A stretch of DNA of 64,000 nucleotides from Candidatus Bathyarchaeia archaeon (GTDB lineage Archaea > Thermoproteota > Bathyarchaeia > Bathyarchaeales > Bathycorpusculaceae): assembly GCA_038883855.1 (NCBI GenBank), contig JAVZLH010000004.1, forward strand, positions 31,150-95,149, given 5' to 3'. The translations under genes were made by a program, and so were the position numbers. Within the stretch, counting starts at the first letter, position 1; every line of letters starts with the position of its first letter. Positions 8,550-18,159 of the stretch are shown one piece after another. Under the pieces are notes generated by a model. The model saw only the letters and a program-made list of their open reading frames with translations, had not been told where the DNA came from and searched no databases.

Positions 8550-10661
8550 ATGCCCAAATTTAGGCAGACAACTGAAATCCTCAAGCTAATGGGTAGAAAG
8601 GAAAGCATCCGCAACATCGGCGTAATCGCCCACATAGACCACGGAAAAACAACAATAACAGACTCACTGCTTGCTGGAGCTGGAATGTTGCCGACTGAAA
8701 TAGCTGGAAAAGCACGGGTTCTAGACTATTTGGAGGAAGAGCAAAAACGTGGAATAACAATAAAAACCGCAAACATATCCCTACTGCACAAAAAAGACGG
8801 CAACACCTACCTAATCAACTTGGCTGACACGCCGGGGCATGTGGACTTTACTGGCAAAGTCACTAGGGCTTTAAGAGCCATAGACGGAGCAGTTGTCGTT
8901 GTGGACGCTGTGGAAGAGGTTATGGTTCAAACAGAAACCGTTACCCGCCAAGCCCTAGAAGAACGCGTCAGACCAGTGCTTTTCATAAACAAGGTTGACC
9001 GCTTAATAAAAGAGCTAAAGCTCACTCCAGAAGAGATACAAGCACGTTTTCTCCGCATAATCCGCGACTTCAACAACATAATCGAAATTTACGGAGAAGA
9101 AGAGTTTAAAGAACGTTGGAAGGTTGACCCAGCAAAGGGAAGTGTTGCCTTCGGCTCAGCCCTCCATAATTGGGGTTTCACCCTCAAGATAGCCCAAGAA
9201 AAGGGAATAAAATTCACAGAAGTAATAGACGCCTACAAAGAAGACGACTATCAAACTTTATCCAAAACTATTCCCATCCACAACGCTATACTTGACATGG
9301 TTATAAAGAACGTTCCAAATCCAGCTGAAGCCCAAAAATACCGTATACCGAAAATATGGAAAGGCAAACTCGACTCAGATATAGGAGTGGCTATGTTGAA
9401 CTGCGACGATGAAGGACCAACAACAATGGTCGTAACCATGACCCAAACAGACCCAAAGGAAGGCGTGGTTTCAACAGGAAGACTTTTTTCAGGCTCAATA
9501 AAAGCAGATGACCAAATATATTTGATTAACGCAGGAAAAGAACAATGTATAAGGCAAGTTGCCATTTACATGGGCGCCCTAAGAGAAGTTGTGGACAAAA
9601 TTTCCGCAGGAAACATAGCAGCCCTTTTAGGCGTTGAAGAAGCTAGGGCTGGAGAAACCATAGTGGCTGTTTCACATAAGGATTTCATGGTTCCCTTTGA
9701 ACGCATAATTTACGTTTCCGAGCCAGTTGTGACAGTAGCCATCGAACCCAAACGTCATGAGGATTTGCCGCGGCTTCTAGAAGCAATAAACAGACTTTCA
9801 ATCGAAGACCCAAACCTTTCGGCGACAGTAAATAGGGAGACAGGCGAATATCTTTTGAGCGGAATAGGCGAGCTCCACCTGGAAATCGCCCTAAAATTTT
9901 TAAGAGATTACAGTGAGGGAATAGAAATCGCCGTGTCAAAGCCCATGGTGGCCTACAGAGAAAGCGTCACCAAACAAGGAAAAACTGTCATGGCTAAAAG
10001 CCCCAACAAGCACAACAGTGTTTCTGTGAAAGTTGAGCCTTTAAAACAAGAGGCTGAAAACGTTTGGGCGTCTGATGAAAACAAAAACATCCTAGTAAAC
10101 TTGGCAAGGGATATTGAAAATCTTCAGGACGTAAAGGAAAGCATTGTTGCTGGGTTTAAATGGGCATGTAAAGCGGGACCCTTATGCAATGAACCCTTAA
10201 GAAACGTGAAGGTTAAGCTTTTAGACGCACAACTCCACGAAAACCCTTCACATCGTGGTTCAGCCCAAATAATGCCCGCCATACGCAGGGCGATTTTAGG
10301 CTCTTTCCTAACGGCGAAACCAACACTTCTAGAACCCATCTACAAAATTGTGGTTTCTGTTCCACATAGGTGGATGGGTGAATGCGTAAGCATAATAACC
10401 CGAAGGGGGGGCAAGATAGTGGCTTCTGAACAGAAGGGAGCATTAACCATTATTACTGGATACATTCCAGTTGCAGAGTCTTTGGGCTTACTTGAGGAAA
10501 TGCGTTCGGCAACTTCTGGACATGCGTTTTGGCAGTGTTCCTTTGACCGCTGGGAGAAAATTCCAGAAAATATAGCAACGGGGGCTATAAAGCAAATCCG
10601 TGAAAGAAAAGGCTTGCCGCCAGAAATACCAAAACCAGAAGAGTTCGTTGACGCCATATGA
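8550..10661 (+). CDS. Translation elongation factor 2 family GTPase, probably the aEF-2 paralog
   Basis: G1 AHIDHGKT, G2 RGITI, G3 DTPGH, G4 NKVD, GELHLEI and HRGSAQ. Only 703 aa, and not next to rpS12/rpS7. Confidence 0.9.
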   Translation: MPKFRQTTEILKLMGRKESIRNIGVIAHIDHGKTTITDSLLAGAGMLPTEIAGKARVLDYLEEEQKRGITIKTANISLLHKKDGNTYLINLADTPGHVDFTGKVTRALRAIDGAVVVVDAVEEVMVQTETVTRQALEERVRPVLFINKVDRLIKELKLTPEEIQARFLRIIRDFNNIIEIYGEEEFKERWKVDPAKGSVAFGSALHNWGFTLKIAQEKGIKFTEVIDAYKEDDYQTLSKTIPIHNAILDMVIKNVPNPAEAQKYRIPKIWKGKLDSDIGVAMLNCDDEGPTTMVVTMTQTDPKEGVVSTGRLFSGSIKADDQIYLINAGKEQCIRQVAIYMGALREVVDKISAGNIAALLGVEEARAGETIVAVSHKDFMVPFERIIYVSEPVVTVAIEPKRHEDLPRLLEAINRLSIEDPNLSATVNRETGEYLLSGIGELHLEIALKFLRDYSEGIEIAVSKPMVAYRESVTKQGKTVMAKSPNKHNSVSVKVEPLKQEAENVWASDENKNILVNLARDIENLQDVKESIVAGFKWACKAGPLCNEPLRNVKVKLLDAQLHENPSHRGSAQIMPAIRRAILGSFLTAKPTLLEPIYKIVVSVPHRWMGECVSIITRRGGKIVASEQKGALTIITGYIPVAESLGLLEEMRSATSGHAFWQCSFDRWEKIPENIATGAIKQIRERKGLPPEIPKPEEFVDAI

Positions 10662-10688
10662 TAACGTACATTTGAGAGGTGAATTGAC

Positions 10689-11609
10689 GTGAGTGTTCAG
10701 CTTAACAGTCCACTCATGTTCAATCTGGATTTCACTTTATGCTGCGGTCAATCTTTCAGGTGGGAAAAACTTGGTGAATGGTGGTTTGGCATTGTAAGAG
10801 ACAAAGTTTTCAAAGTGCGCCAAGTTGAAGATGAACTCCAGTTTGAGGGCGCTGACAAAGACTTTGTTATGGAATACTTTGGGCTTTACGATGACTTACC
10901 GGAGATTTTGTCCAAAATAACGAAAGACCAGCATATCAAGAAGGCTGTTGAAGCCTTTAAAGGTTTACGTATTCTGCGTCAAGACCCTTGGGAATGCCTA
11001 ATCTCCTACATCTGTGCAGCATACAAGAACATCCCAGCCATAAAACAAATGCTTTTTAGACTGTCCAAAAAGTTTGGAGAAAAACGCGTTTTTGACGGAC
11101 GAGAATTTTACACCTTTCCAGAGCCAACCGTTCTTGCAAAGGCAAGCACGGCAGACTTATCCGAGTGCGGTTTGGGTTATAGAGCAGAGTACGTTTTGGA
11201 AACAGCTAAGAAAGTCTATAGCGGTGATGTCAGCTTAGAGGAATTGAAAAATAGGAGTTACATGGACGCAAGAAACGAGTTGCTGAATCTTTCTGGAGTA
11301 GGCTTAAAAGTTGCCGACTGCGTTCTGCTCTTTTCCCTAGAGAAACTGGAGGCTTTTCCAGTTGACATTTGGGTAAAGCGTGCTGTTCTAAGATGTTATG
11401 CAAGCCATTTGGAAGAGGAATTCGTTGAAAGAATTTCCTCTAAAAGCTCTCTGACAAAGTCTGAGTATGAGAGGCTTAATTTTTTTGGACGAAGCTATTT
11501 TGGGGAGTACGCTGGCTACGCTCAAGAATACCTCTACCATTTTGAAAGAACCAAACCTAAATTAGATCATTATCCTTCAAAAGCTGGGCTGCTTGAACAC
11601 CGTTTGTAG
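10689..11609 (+). CDS. 8-oxoguanine DNA glycosylase (OGG1-type, HhH-GPD)
   Basis: CGQSFRW N-terminal motif, LRILRQDPWECLISYI, GLGYRA, GVGLKVADC...FPVD and GYAQEYL. Confidence 0.9.
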   Translation: MSVQLNSPLMFNLDFTLCCGQSFRWEKLGEWWFGIVRDKVFKVRQVEDELQFEGADKDFVMEYFGLYDDLPEILSKITKDQHIKKAVEAFKGLRILRQDPWECLISYICAAYKNIPAIKQMLFRLSKKFGEKRVFDGREFYTFPEPTVLAKASTADLSECGLGYRAEYVLETAKKVYSGDVSLEELKNRSYMDARNELLNLSGVGLKVADCVLLFSLEKLEAFPVDIWVKRAVLRCYASHLEEEFVERISSKSSLTKSEYERLNFFGRSYFGEYAGYAQEYLYHFERTKPKLDHYPSKAGLLEHRL

Positions 11610-11934
11610 TTGTTATGACAACAGCCTCTGAAACAAGCCTTTCAGCGTTTAGGTAATTGTGTTGCTTTAACTGTTCAATGGCTTCTTCCAGCTTTACATT
11701 AACGTTTCGAAAACCATCAATTCCAGAAGCCCCAGCTGCAATGTTAACCTCGCCAATTAACGCCCTAAAATAAGCAACCAACAGCTTTTCAGCGCCAGAA
11801 ATCTCCTTGTCCCGCACATCGCTTAAACTTTCCAGAAGTTTCGCGGCCAAAATTAAGTTCGCCTTTATCCTCTCCGCATAATGAAACGTAATCAAAGCTT
11901 TCTTAATCTCAGACAAACGTTTCCTCTCAAACAA
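11557..11934 (-). CDS. Hypothetical all-helical protein
   Basis: 125-aa ORF with protein-like amphipathic composition; converges on the glycosylase gene with a 53-bp tail overlap. Confidence 0.6.
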   Translation of the reverse strand: MFERKRLSEIKKALITFHYAERIKANLILAAKLLESLSDVRDKEISGAEKLLVAYFRALIGEVNIAAGASGIDGFRNVNVKLEEAIEQLKQHNYLNAERLVSEAVVITTTNGVQAAQLLKDNDLI

Positions 11935-12066
11935 AAATAGCCCGACAAAAAGGATAAACCTTATGCATAAAAACCCTTAAAACCACCAACAAACAGCCTA
12001 ATAAGCAACAAAATGCGGAAACCTTTAAATTACTTTTAAAAACGAATATTAGTAGACGCCTAGAAA

Positions 12067-12141
12067 GGGCCCGTAGCTCAGCTAGGTTAGAGCGACAGGC
12101 TCATAACCTGTTGGTCGCCGGTTCAAATCCGGCCGGGCCCA
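12067..12141 (+). tRNA. tRNA with CAU anticodon, most likely tRNA-Ile2 (agmatidine-modified), intronless
   Basis: Acceptor stem GGGCCCG/CGGGCCC with discriminator A, D-arm GCTC..GAGC, anticodon arm ACAGG-CTCATAA-CCTGT and T-loop GTTCAAATC. The GGGCCC acceptor is typical of archaeal Ile tRNAs rather than initiator Met (AGCGGG). CCA is not encoded. Confidence 0.93.
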
Positions 12142-12153
12142 CATTCGAGGTTT

Positions 12154-12633
12154 TTAAGCTTTTAATTTTTTGGCCAGTGTTGCTGTTCTTTTTCCAAGTT
12201 CTTTGCATTGTTCTAGAGCCTTTTTGTCTGGTTTTCCTACCGCTGCCGCGCCATAGTGTTTGTCATCCGCTCTTCCCTGCACTATCATGCCGTGGACTAG
12301 CATGGCGTGCAATATTGAAAGCAAGGTTGTTTCGGCGCCTGTAGCTGTCCCGCCTGAACTTGTGAAAGCTGCTCCCACTTTGCCTTCAAGTTTCCCGTGG
12401 ATTTTGACAGATTCGTCGATTAACGCTTTGAGTTTAGCGCTCATCTGCCCATAATATGTAGGGGAGCCCATCACTATTCCGTCGGCTTTTTGCATATCTT
12501 CAAGACTTGTTTGGTCGGCTCGTTTAACAACCACATTGACTCCATTTACCTCTTTGGCTCCTTCGGCAACGGCGAAAGCCATTTTCTCAGTGTTACCTGT
12601 TTTAGAATCGTAAACAACAAGAATTTGCACCAT
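12154..12633 (-). CDS. Flavodoxin-like NAD(P)H:quinone oxidoreductase (WrbA family)
   Basis: YDSKTGNTEKMA, GSPTYYG and AFTSSGG motifs; start chosen at ATG 12633 after a GGTGGT RBS. Confidence 0.88.
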   Translation of the reverse strand: MVQILVVYDSKTGNTEKMAFAVAEGAKEVNGVNVVVKRADQTSLEDMQKADGIVMGSPTYYGQMSAKLKALIDESVKIHGKLEGKVGAAFTSSGGTATGAETTLLSILHAMLVHGMIVQGRADDKHYGAAAVGKPDKKALEQCKELGKRTATLAKKLKA

Positions 12634-12915
12634 TTTTAAACACCACCTTGACAATTAAAGTTTCATCCTTTAAAATTTTGCCGCTTCAAAATCACCTTCC
12701 AAATAGAGCTATACAATAAAAGATTTTTCGCAAACTATAAGCGGTAAGAAAGCGCATTAAAATTGGTCATGAGGAGAATGGCAATATGTTTATAGGGGAG
12801 AAAGGAGGAGGAAAATTTTTCTCTACCATTCTCCTCAATCATTGATTCCTAATGCGTGCAACGGGTTGCTTTTAAACTTTTCTTTAAATTTCGAATTTAA
12901 CCCTCGAAAATGGTC

Positions 12916-13497
12916 TCAGAGAACAGCGCTTGAAAAGTTCCGGTTAAATTCTTCTATGATCTCGTCAACCGTCATTAGCTTGGCGTTATAAAAATCCTGC
13001 AAATATTTCAAACCTTGCTCATGTTCTTCTTGGGTGAAGGCTTCCACACCGTCCTTAGCTATTATTATTTTGTACCCTCTGAAGAAGGCGTCTGCAGCCG
13101 TATGCCTCACACAAATGTGCGTGTGTATTCCGCATAATATGACGGTTTTCACCCCTTCACCGTTGTATAAACTTCTTAAAAGCGGGTCTAAACCAGTTTC
13201 GAAGAAGCCGCTGTAAACTCGTTTTTCTACAATATAGTCTTTTGCAGAAGGCTCGAGTTCGGGAATAACTTCAGCCCCCTTTGTTCCTTTTATGGCGTGT
13301 TTCCCCCATTTGTGAACAACCTCGAAATCTTGCGGGTAATGGGCATCATTACTGTATATGACTGGAACGTTGTTTTTGCGGGCGGTCTCAATAAGCCTTT
13401 TGAGGTTTGGAACTATCCGTTGGGCGCGTTCGCATTTTAACTCTCCGGTTACGAAATCCCTTAACATGTCAATAATTATAACGGCCGCGTTGTCCAT
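12916..13497 (-). CDS. Isochorismatase/nicotinamidase-family cysteine hydrolase
   Basis: IIDMLRDF, DAH, KRVYSGF and GIHTHICVRHTA (Asp-Lys-Cys triad). Confidence 0.9.
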   Translation of the reverse strand: MDNAAVIIIDMLRDFVTGELKCERAQRIVPNLKRLIETARKNNVPVIYSNDAHYPQDFEVVHKWGKHAIKGTKGAEVIPELEPSAKDYIVEKRVYSGFFETGLDPLLRSLYNGEGVKTVILCGIHTHICVRHTAADAFFRGYKIIIAKDGVEAFTQEEHEQGLKYLQDFYNAKLMTVDEIIEEFNRNFSSAVL

Positions 13498-13563
13498 AGG
13501 CGTTCACATAATTGATACACGAGTGTTAACTCTTTATACTTTTGCCAAAATGCTTGTTAGTTT

Positions 13564-14637
13564 TTAACGGCTTGTTTCCAAAATGTAAAACCCGTCTGTA
13601 AGTTTTTCCGCTCCCCCTCTCTGCACCAAAACAGTGTCTTCTATACGCACGCCGCCATAGCCAACAAGGTATATGCCAGGCTCGTTTGTAACAACGTTTC
13701 CAGCCGCTAAAACATCTTTGCTTTCGCTGCTCAATGTTGGCGGTTCATGAATTTCTAAGCCAACGCCATGTCCTAAGCCGTGGGTAAAATATTCTCCATA
13801 ACCAGCTTCACCTATCACTTTTCTGGCTGTTGCGTCCACATTCTTTGCCTTTACCTTATGTTTAATGGTTTGGAAGGCTTTTTCCTGCGCAGTCCTAACA
13901 ATTTCATAAAGCTTTCTCTGTTTCTCTGAGGGGGTCCCAGCGACAAACGTCCTCGTCATATCCGCGCGATAAAAACAGTATGTAGCGCCAATGTCGACAA
14001 CTACAAGGTCTCCATCTCGGATTTCGCGGTCCGTGCATCCACCGTGGGGAAAAGCCGAGCGGGCTCCAGAGGCAACTATGGTGTCGAAGGCTGTTCCCCA
14101 TGAGCCTTTCTTGCGCATAGCATATTCTATTTCCGCGGCAACCTCATACTCTTTAACGCCCGACTTTATTGTTTCATATGCAGCTTTCATTCCTCCCATT
14201 GTTAACTCCGCGGCTTTTCTCATAAATTCAAGTTCTTTCTCATCCTTTACCTTGCGCAGTTCCCAGACAAGGCTGCCCTGAACCTTTAGCTTTGTTTCTC
14301 CCTTTAGTTCTTTTTTCAAGTTTTTGTAGTTTTCATAATTAAGCGTGTCAACAGCAAGTTTTTTGATTTCACAAGCTCTAGCTTCCTTTGCAATTTTAGC
14401 CATCAAATTTTCATTACTCCCAACCATTTCAACTCTGAAGCCTCTCACCTCAGCCTTTGCTTGCTCATAATTGACATTGTAAACATACGCTATGTTTTCT
14501 CCAAATTTAGGTATGAGTAAACATGCCAGTCCGGGGTAACCAGCGAAATATAAAGCGCTAACTTCATTTGTAATTAGAAAGCCGTCGAATTTTTTCTCTT
14601 CGAAAGCTTTTTGCTTAAGAGCACTCACCCTATCCAT
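13564..14637 (-). CDS. Xaa-Pro peptidase (M24 family)
   Basis: DIGA..ADMTRT, HGLGHGVGLEIHE, EPGIY and GVRIED metal-ligand motifs. Confidence 0.93.
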   Translation of the reverse strand: MDRVSALKQKAFEEKKFDGFLITNEVSALYFAGYPGLACLLIPKFGENIAYVYNVNYEQAKAEVRGFRVEMVGSNENLMAKIAKEARACEIKKLAVDTLNYENYKNLKKELKGETKLKVQGSLVWELRKVKDEKELEFMRKAAELTMGGMKAAYETIKSGVKEYEVAAEIEYAMRKKGSWGTAFDTIVASGARSAFPHGGCTDREIRDGDLVVVDIGATYCFYRADMTRTFVAGTPSEKQRKLYEIVRTAQEKAFQTIKHKVKAKNVDATARKVIGEAGYGEYFTHGLGHGVGLEIHEPPTLSSESKDVLAAGNVVTNEPGIYLVGYGGVRIEDTVLVQRGGAEKLTDGFYILETSR

Positions 14638-14701
14638 AAACTTGCCTTCTTGGAGTTAGTCATACTTTCTACTTTGGATTAAAACGTCTTGCGGTTCTGG
14701 G

Positions 14702-14995
14702 CTAGCCTCCGCTCACGATAGGCAACAACGTAACACGGTCTCCGTTATTAAGTTTCGTTTTTATTCCTTCCAGCTGGTTTATCAGATAACCGTTTACCGT
14801 GATGATGTAGTTGGGTTTCACGTCTGCTCCACCTTTGTCGTAGAAGGCTTTGCGGAAAGGTTCGCCATATTTATCAGCAAGTACCACCAGAAGCTCGGCA
14901 ACAGAAGCCCCTTCCTCTACTTCGATTTCCTCCTCTCGTCCACTGCCAATAATGTTTTTAACGTGCCCCACATATTCGACTTTGACACGCAACAC
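14702..14995 (-). CDS. MoaD/ThiS/SAMP ubiquitin-like sulfur carrier
   Basis: 97 aa, VNG motif and C-terminal LPIVSGG di-glycine; divergent from the AOR gene. Confidence 0.9.
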   Translation of the reverse strand: MLRVKVEYVGHVKNIIGSGREEEIEVEEGASVAELLVVLADKYGEPFRKAFYDKGGADVKPNYIITVNGYLINQLEGIKTKLNNGDRVTLLPIVSGG

Positions 14996-15206
14996 CAGAC
15001 ACCAGCACTCTAAATGTAATTCAAGAAATGAGGGGTTATTATCATTTCGGTTTCTATAATCAACAAAATCAACGTCTCAAAACAGAACCTATAAGAGTTT
15101 AACGTATCCTTGCAGAATGTGTAAATAATAAAACAAGACAGATACCTTAATATATATACACATAAAGTTTAATTCTCACTAAAACAGTGCGTAGGGAGGA
15201 AACGGA

Positions 15207-17069
15207 TTGTACGGCTATGCTGGAAAAATACTTCACATAGACTTAACAACGGGAAAAACCCGCACAGAGCCCTTAAACGAAGATTACGCTAAAAAATACA
15301 TTGGCGGGATAGGTCTAGGAATGCGTCTATGGCTTGACCACTCAAAGGCTGGAGTAGACCCATTCAGCCCAGAAAACCCGCTAATTCTCACAACTGGACC
15401 CACTTCTGGAACAGTTTGGCCAACAGGCGGAAATGGACATGCCTTTGTTTCAAAATCGCCTCAAAGTTACGGAGTTGGAGAATCAAAGTCCCACGGGTCT
15501 TTCGGAACAGAACTGAAAAGGGCTGGATACGATGCGGTGATTTTTAAGGGTAAAGCCGAAAAACCCATTTACGTTTGGATCGACGACGATTCTGTTCAAA
15601 TTTTAGATGCTTCACACCTATGGGGTAAATCGCCAGCTGACACTGAGGATATTATAAAAGAGGAGTTGGGCGACTATTACATTCGCGTTGCTGCCATAGG
15701 TCAAGCAGGAGAAAAACTTGTGAGAATAGCGTGCATAATCAACGAAAAAACAAGAGCAGCCGGAAGAACTGGAATGGGTGCAGTGATGGGGTCGAAGAAT
15801 TTGAAGGCGATTGCCGTGCGAGGAACAAACGATGTCAAAGTTGCAAAACCAGACGAGTTCCTAGAATTCGTTAAGGAATTTCATGAGAGGATGAAGGGCC
15901 CAGCCACAAAGAAGTATCGAACATTAGGCACGCCGGAAAACGTTCTAGTGCATAATGCTCTACAATGCATGCCAACAAGAAACTACAACAATGCTTACTT
16001 TGAAGCTGCAGAAAAAGTGAGCGGGGAAAAACTCAACGAGAGGTACGTAGCCAAAATTATAGGATGCAGTTCATGCGCCATGAGATGCGAACACATATGC
16101 GTCGTCCAAGAAGGGCCGTACAAAGGCGCCATGGCAAGAGTTGAGTACGAACCCCTATGGGCTTTGGGACCATACTGCGGCGTCGACCGTCTTGACGCGA
16201 TAATTAAGGCGTCGGAGCTCTGCAACTATTATGGTATTGACTCAATAAGCGCTGGCGTGATTGTCGGTTTCACCATGGACTGCTATGAAAATGGTATATT
16301 AACGGAGAAGGACTTGGATGGTTTAGAGGCACGCTTCGGAAACCACGAAGCCATGGTTAAGCTAGTTGAGAAAATTGGGAAGCGTGAGGGGATAGGCGAC
16401 ATTCTCGCTGAAGGAGTGAAATTCGCTGCTGAAAAAATAGGCAAAGGTTCAGAAAAGTTAGCCCAACACATTAAAGGAGTGGAAGTTACAGGCTACGACC
16501 TCAGATGCCTTAAGACCGCTGCATTAGGCTTTGCTGTTTCTTTCCGTGGAGCAGACCATAATAGGCACGGAGCTTACGCCTTTGATGTAAAAGGCAAAGT
16601 CAACCGCCTAAAGGCTGAGAAGGGCAGAGGCAAAATGGTTAAAGAAATCGAAGATGTCTATACAATAATTGACTCGATGATAATCTGTAAGTTCTCAAGG
16701 GGCACATACTACAAGGAATTTGAGGACTTGGCTAAGCTCTACACTCTTGTGACAGGTTTTGAAACAACACCAGAGGAAATGAAAATCAAAGGCGAGAGGA
16801 TAAACAACCTCGCTAGACTTTTCAACATTAGAGAAGGCTTAGGTAGAAAAGATGACCATCTACCCTACAAAGTTATGCACATGCCAGTTCCAGATGAAGG
16901 GCCATCGAAAGGAGCTTATGTAAGCCAAGAAGAGTTGGATTTGCTTTTAGACGACTACTACGAAGCCCGCGGATGGACAAAAGACGGAATACCCACAGTT
17001 GAAAAACTTAAAGAGTTGGGCATGGACGACCTAATCCACATAGTTGAAGGAAAAATCAAGGAGGCCTGA
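15207..17069 (+). CDS. aor: Tungsten-containing aldehyde:ferredoxin oxidoreductase family protein
   Basis: YGYAGKIL, SKSP, LKRAGYD, AAGRTGMGAVMGSKNLKAI, CSSCAMRC, EYE and IICKF motifs; C-terminal YYEARGW. Confidence 0.93.
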   Translation: MYGYAGKILHIDLTTGKTRTEPLNEDYAKKYIGGIGLGMRLWLDHSKAGVDPFSPENPLILTTGPTSGTVWPTGGNGHAFVSKSPQSYGVGESKSHGSFGTELKRAGYDAVIFKGKAEKPIYVWIDDDSVQILDASHLWGKSPADTEDIIKEELGDYYIRVAAIGQAGEKLVRIACIINEKTRAAGRTGMGAVMGSKNLKAIAVRGTNDVKVAKPDEFLEFVKEFHERMKGPATKKYRTLGTPENVLVHNALQCMPTRNYNNAYFEAAEKVSGEKLNERYVAKIIGCSSCAMRCEHICVVQEGPYKGAMARVEYEPLWALGPYCGVDRLDAIIKASELCNYYGIDSISAGVIVGFTMDCYENGILTEKDLDGLEARFGNHEAMVKLVEKIGKREGIGDILAEGVKFAAEKIGKGSEKLAQHIKGVEVTGYDLRCLKTAALGFAVSFRGADHNRHGAYAFDVKGKVNRLKAEKGRGKMVKEIEDVYTIIDSMIICKFSRGTYYKEFEDLAKLYTLVTGFETTPEEMKIKGERINNLARLFNIREGLGRKDDHLPYKVMHMPVPDEGPSKGAYVSQEELDLLLDDYYEARGWTKDGIPTVEKLKELGMDDLIHIVEGKIKEA

Positions 17070-17084
17070 TGGAGAGGGTAAATA

Positions 17085-17594
17085 ATGGTGAAAATTCACG
17101 AAAGAAAATTTGTTTCCGCCGACCCAGACAAATGCGTTGGCTGCCAAGTCTGCGAATACATCTGTTCATGGGAAAAAGAGAAAGCCTTCAACCCGCTTAA
17201 ATCAAGGATAAGAGTTGTAAGGCTAAACCCTCTGGTAAACCTCTCGCTTACATGTAGGCTTTGTGAAGAACCGCCGTGTGTCGCAGCTTGCCCAAGAGAC
17301 GCCTTAACCCAGTCTGAAGAGACAGGCTTAATAATGGTTGATGAGGACAAGTGCAACGGTTGCGGATGGTGCATTGAAGCATGCGATTACGGAGCAATTT
17401 CGCTGCATCCAGAAAAGAAAGTTGTGTTCGTCTGCGATTTATGCAAAGATAAGGGCGAACCTCAATGTGTTAAATGGTGTCCAGAAGAAGCCCTAGACTT
17501 GGTCACAGCAGACGTTTTAGCTCAAAAGGCGAGAATAACCGCTACAAAGAAGTTGCTTCAAGAAGCTGCAAAAGTCGCTGCTCCTGCAACTTAG
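17085..17594 (+). CDS. 4x[4Fe-4S] ferredoxin-like electron-transfer subunit (AOR-associated)
   Basis: CVGCQVCEYIC, CRLCEEPPCVAACP, CNGCGWCIEAC and CDLC..CVKWCP. Confidence 0.9.
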   Translation: MVKIHERKFVSADPDKCVGCQVCEYICSWEKEKAFNPLKSRIRVVRLNPLVNLSLTCRLCEEPPCVAACPRDALTQSEETGLIMVDEDKCNGCGWCIEACDYGAISLHPEKKVVFVCDLCKDKGEPQCVKWCPEEALDLVTADVLAQKARITATKKLLQEAAKVAAPAT

Positions 17595-17619
17595 CGGCCT
17601 TCCTTTTTCTACCCATTTC

Positions 17620-18114
17620 TTAAGGAAGAACTTTAAGCAAAGTTTTTACAATTTTTTGTTCTGCCTTCCAAATTTCTAGTGTTAATCCTTCGCCGAAGTC
17701 TGTTTGCTTAGGCTCTATCAACAGCAAAGCAATTTTCGCCTTAACCGTTTGAGCCAAATGCTCACAAAAAACTCTTAAAGGAAGCATGTGAGTTGAAAAC
17801 GCTGGAAAAATTTCTAGATGTTGCGGAAATGTGAGTTTTGATTCGCCCGGTTTTAATCCTAAAATTGCAGCGTCTATGAGGAGGACATGGGTCGGGTTGA
17901 AGTCGATTATTTGTTGGATGAAACCTTCTGGGACGGTTTCACACTCGATTAACTGGACATTACTGGAGACTTTTCCATGCAGGTCTTGAACTATCTTGAC
18001 GCCGATAAAATCGTCCATGCAAATAGGATTTCCAATCCCTGCTACAACAACCCTTTTAGCGTCAACAAGCCATTTTTTTAACTCTTTTTGAAGGTTATAT
18101 TTTCCACTGATCAA
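17620..18114 (-). CDS. Hydrogenase maturation protease (HycI-like)
   Basis: GIGNPICMDDFIG, ETVPE, IDAA and STH motifs; directly downstream of mvhA. Confidence 0.88.
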   Translation of the reverse strand: MISGKYNLQKELKKWLVDAKRVVVAGIGNPICMDDFIGVKIVQDLHGKVSSNVQLIECETVPEGFIQQIIDFNPTHVLLIDAAILGLKPGESKLTFPQHLEIFPAFSTHMLPLRVFCEHLAQTVKAKIALLLIEPKQTDFGEGLTLEIWKAEQKIVKTLLKVLP

Positions 18115-18159
18115 CAGAGTTTCTCCAAAACCTAAAAAGATGGGGAGAAGGGAAAAAGT

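Noticed and set aside
12067-12141. Calling the CAU tRNA tRNA-Met
   Set aside because: It lacks the initiator A1-U72 pair and the GGG/CCC anticodon stem, and the acceptor stem matches the Ile type. Elongator Met is not fully excluded.
12111-12344. 77-aa ORF on the + strand
   Set aside because: It overlaps the tRNA and is antisense to wrbA, so it is a shadow ORF.
12067-14637. tRNA as an integration site for a mobile element
   Set aside because: No integrase and no duplicated tRNA 3' end were seen; the downstream genes are ordinary metabolic genes.
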